Below are positions 45,112-47,347 of a stretch of 47,347 nucleotides of DNA, piece after piece; within the stretch, counting starts at the first letter, position 1; each line of letters opens with the position of its first letter. The stretch covers positions 1 through 47,347 of the forward strand of contig KZ538791.1 in the NCBI GenBank assembly GCA_000934665.2, in the 5' to 3' direction. This stretch comes from Catajapyx aquilonaris. Taxonomy: Eukaryota. The translations under genes were made by a program, and so were the position numbers. The notes below the pieces were generated by a model. It searched no databases, was not told where the DNA came from, and was given only the letters and a program-made list of their open reading frames with translations.

Positions 45112-46150
45112 TATAGCCAGATAGGCCATAGTTGCTTTGGCTTCTTCATAATAAACCAAACCAAACCAAACCAAAATTTGGCAAAAATGGTTAGTCTCTT
45201 TCCCTCCATCCCTCCCTCCCTCCCGCTCTCTTCTGCCTGGAAGACATCCATCTTATTGGATCTTGCCCCGGTGTAGTTGAGGATGGTGTTCATGATCAGG
45301 TTGCCTGTATGTTGGCCGCACCTGTTTTCCTCTCTACCACGTCTTCCAGTAAAGTTATTTTGTCGAACAGCAGGACCGGACAAGCCCCAGGACACTACCC
45401 TCCTCTTATCGCCTTTGGGGGTCTAGCGGAGCGGTTTGTGGGAGGTGACCGCTTCAGAGCGCTTTGCCCAGTTTTCTTCAGGGGCTAGGCTAAACCAGTG
45501 GCGACACCACCGGACTCAGTAGAAGAGAGCCTCATGGTATTTGCGATTTGCAAATTCCCTGAGCACTTTTCAACAAAAAAAAGTCTATTGCAGATATAGA
45601 CCACGCGGGCTAAATTTTGGGGCCACTCCCAACTCTGTAGGCCGTGCACAGCGGGAGAAATCGTAATCACAAGTAGGGTATTAATAATACAGATTAGAAG
45701 ATGGAATGACTTACGGCGATCCGTACTTACGAACGGGCTCCCAAGGCTCCCGTGAATGAAAATTTATAATTATTCCGCCACTTTTAATCACCTCTTCGTA
45801 TGTTGACCGACACCAAGTTCAACATAAATACTGAATAATTGATAAGTAATTGGGAAATTACGTTCTTTGCGCAGGCATACGTGACGCTATAGCGGTTCGT
45901 TGGAGCAAAATCTTGACACTGTATACGGTATGTGCGCTGTTTCTTAGGGATTCGAGTTACCATAGTACTAATTCGACTTATGGACATTTTCACGAACGTA
46001 ACCACGTTCATAAGACTGGGGTCTGGGGACTACCTGTATTCCCATTCGTTTGTGCTCATTTGTTCTCATTTATTTCCGGGTTTCGCGATGTCTTCCGGAT
46101 ATCCGTTCAAGAGCTATTTGAGTCTCAATTTGGCTCGGACGTGTCTTTAT

Positions 46151-46308
46151 TGGGTAGGAGACAGATAAAGTGAGTCTTTCCTCTTGTCTTTCTCTTTTCG
46201 TCTACATTTCCATCAGTCTCTATCCATCTGTATATATCGTGATATAACCAGATAACCGTACCGTATAGTTGATTTGGCTTCTTCTCACTCGAACAAGCAA
46301 ACAAACAT
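46151..46308 (+). mobile_element. Diverged 3' part of the same RTE-derived non-autonomous family as 42951-45175
   Basis: gggtaggagacaga..agtctttcctct.. and tatagttgatttggcttctt..(CAAA)n align with 43071-43150 and 45112-45175; 5' boundary uncertain. Confidence 0.6.
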
Positions 46309-47347
46309 AATTATACTGCAGGGAAAAGTAGGCCTACCAAGACAGTATAGGCGTCCCTATATGGAGTCAGAATGAAATAAAGTTTACCCTCATAAACTCG
46401 TGCATGTTAACATAACGAGGGCCAGTGCCCTTAAATAACCCATAAATTTGTTTATAAAAATGCCGAATGAATCGTTCCCTAAAACACTCCTCAAAGTGTT
46501 GTGATAATTGCTTTTCATTGCGAATTTAAGCCCCCCCCCCCCCCCAAAANGATGTAGGCGAGTGACGTCAGGGGGCGTGACTCCTGGTCATATGGAACGT
46601 TGGTTATGACAACTTCTGGCAATATCGTATATGGCGATATGGTTATATTTTCCGGTAATTGATCCCCCAATGGCACGCAATTTTGGGCCCGCGTGAAGTG
46701 GCCTATCTCGGCTGGAAAGGTTTGGATAAACACGTGTACCATTACATGATCAATGTTGTAGATTCAACACTGATATATTTGGCACAGGTCACCCGATGAA
46801 TGTCAGGTTTTCCCTGCACTGGTGCCGCATAATTATGTTTCTGAATGCTAAGCGTCTTTTGGCGACTTTTAAAGTCCTTGATTGACATTTTAAAAACCTT
46901 AATGCAGCCATTATAAAATTTCATAAGTAGGGCCTATAACTGAATCCGCCGTGCCTCTGTCTAGCTATGAAATCTGTGTCACATCTACGAGGCAGTTGAT
47001 TACACGGTAGTTGGCACCGGCTGCAATTGCAGTCCACTCTCAACAGTCATATCGATTTAAATGTAAACACAATGATGTTTGTGTACCCGAGAAGCTCCAG
47101 GTTGACTTACTATATTATAGCCATGCCTAATGTATATAAGTACTCTGCAGCAGTATTAAGAGCTAATTAGCGGAGGTTAATATATTTATTTGTGCTGACA
47201 ATGTGAGTGCCTATATCCTCCTGAGACCTGAGAAGCATTTTTTAACGCAATGTCAGTTCCTATTGCATTTTCTGAACATGTTCCCAATAAGAAACGAGAA
47301 AAAAAATTTAGTTTTAAAATATCGACAAAAATGGCGACAAACAACCA

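Larger units (their letters stand above)
42951..45175 (+). mobile_element. RTE-derived non-autonomous retroelement interrupted by four nested insertions
   Basis: The 5' block ccaccttatcgtggtg..atgacccagagagctatgccggcgg..ctggtagggccatccaagccggacaggtc resembles the conserved RTE/BovB/Rex3 5' region. 3' end gttgctttggcttctt..(CAAAC)n. Related uninterrupted 3' part at 46151-46308; partial 5' copy at 42795-42900. Confidence 0.65.

Noticed and set aside
47328..47347. aaaATGGCGaca at the window end (possible start codon or YY1 site)
   Set aside because: Truncated by the window edge; cannot be evaluated.

Overview
Eukaryotic DNA, most likely arthropod (inferred from the CLEC16A N-terminus, 54-88 nt minimal introns and the repeat types). 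Two spliced protein-coding genes face each other. CLEC16A/ema is on the + strand (15 coding exons, 8066-24491, about 1095 aa, all GT-AG, ending in -ETV). An uncharacterised ~229-aa two-transmembrane hairpin protein is on the - strand (3 exons, 32343-30983). The rest is a dense, often nested landscape of transposon remnants: Tc1/mariner and pogo/Tigger elements and MITEs, piggyBac-like MITEs, long foldback palindromes, four tRNA-headed SINEs (three with clear TSDs), two 5'-truncated RTEX-like LINEs with TSDs, an RTE-derived non-autonomous element, a Utopia/NeSL-type RLE retrotransposon fragment and a probable non-autonomous Helitron. Three observations stand out. (1) The Utopia-like fragment is flanked by a 133-bp direct repeat, an apparent giant target-site duplication at a non-U2 site. 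(2) One covarying 3' RNA fold (CCCC-inner hairpin-GGGG-TA) is shared by four modular SINEs and two diverged LINEs. (3) A ~270-bp near-perfect palindrome lies just behind the CLEC16A stop codon. All family assignments come from motif recall and manual reading; no database search was run.
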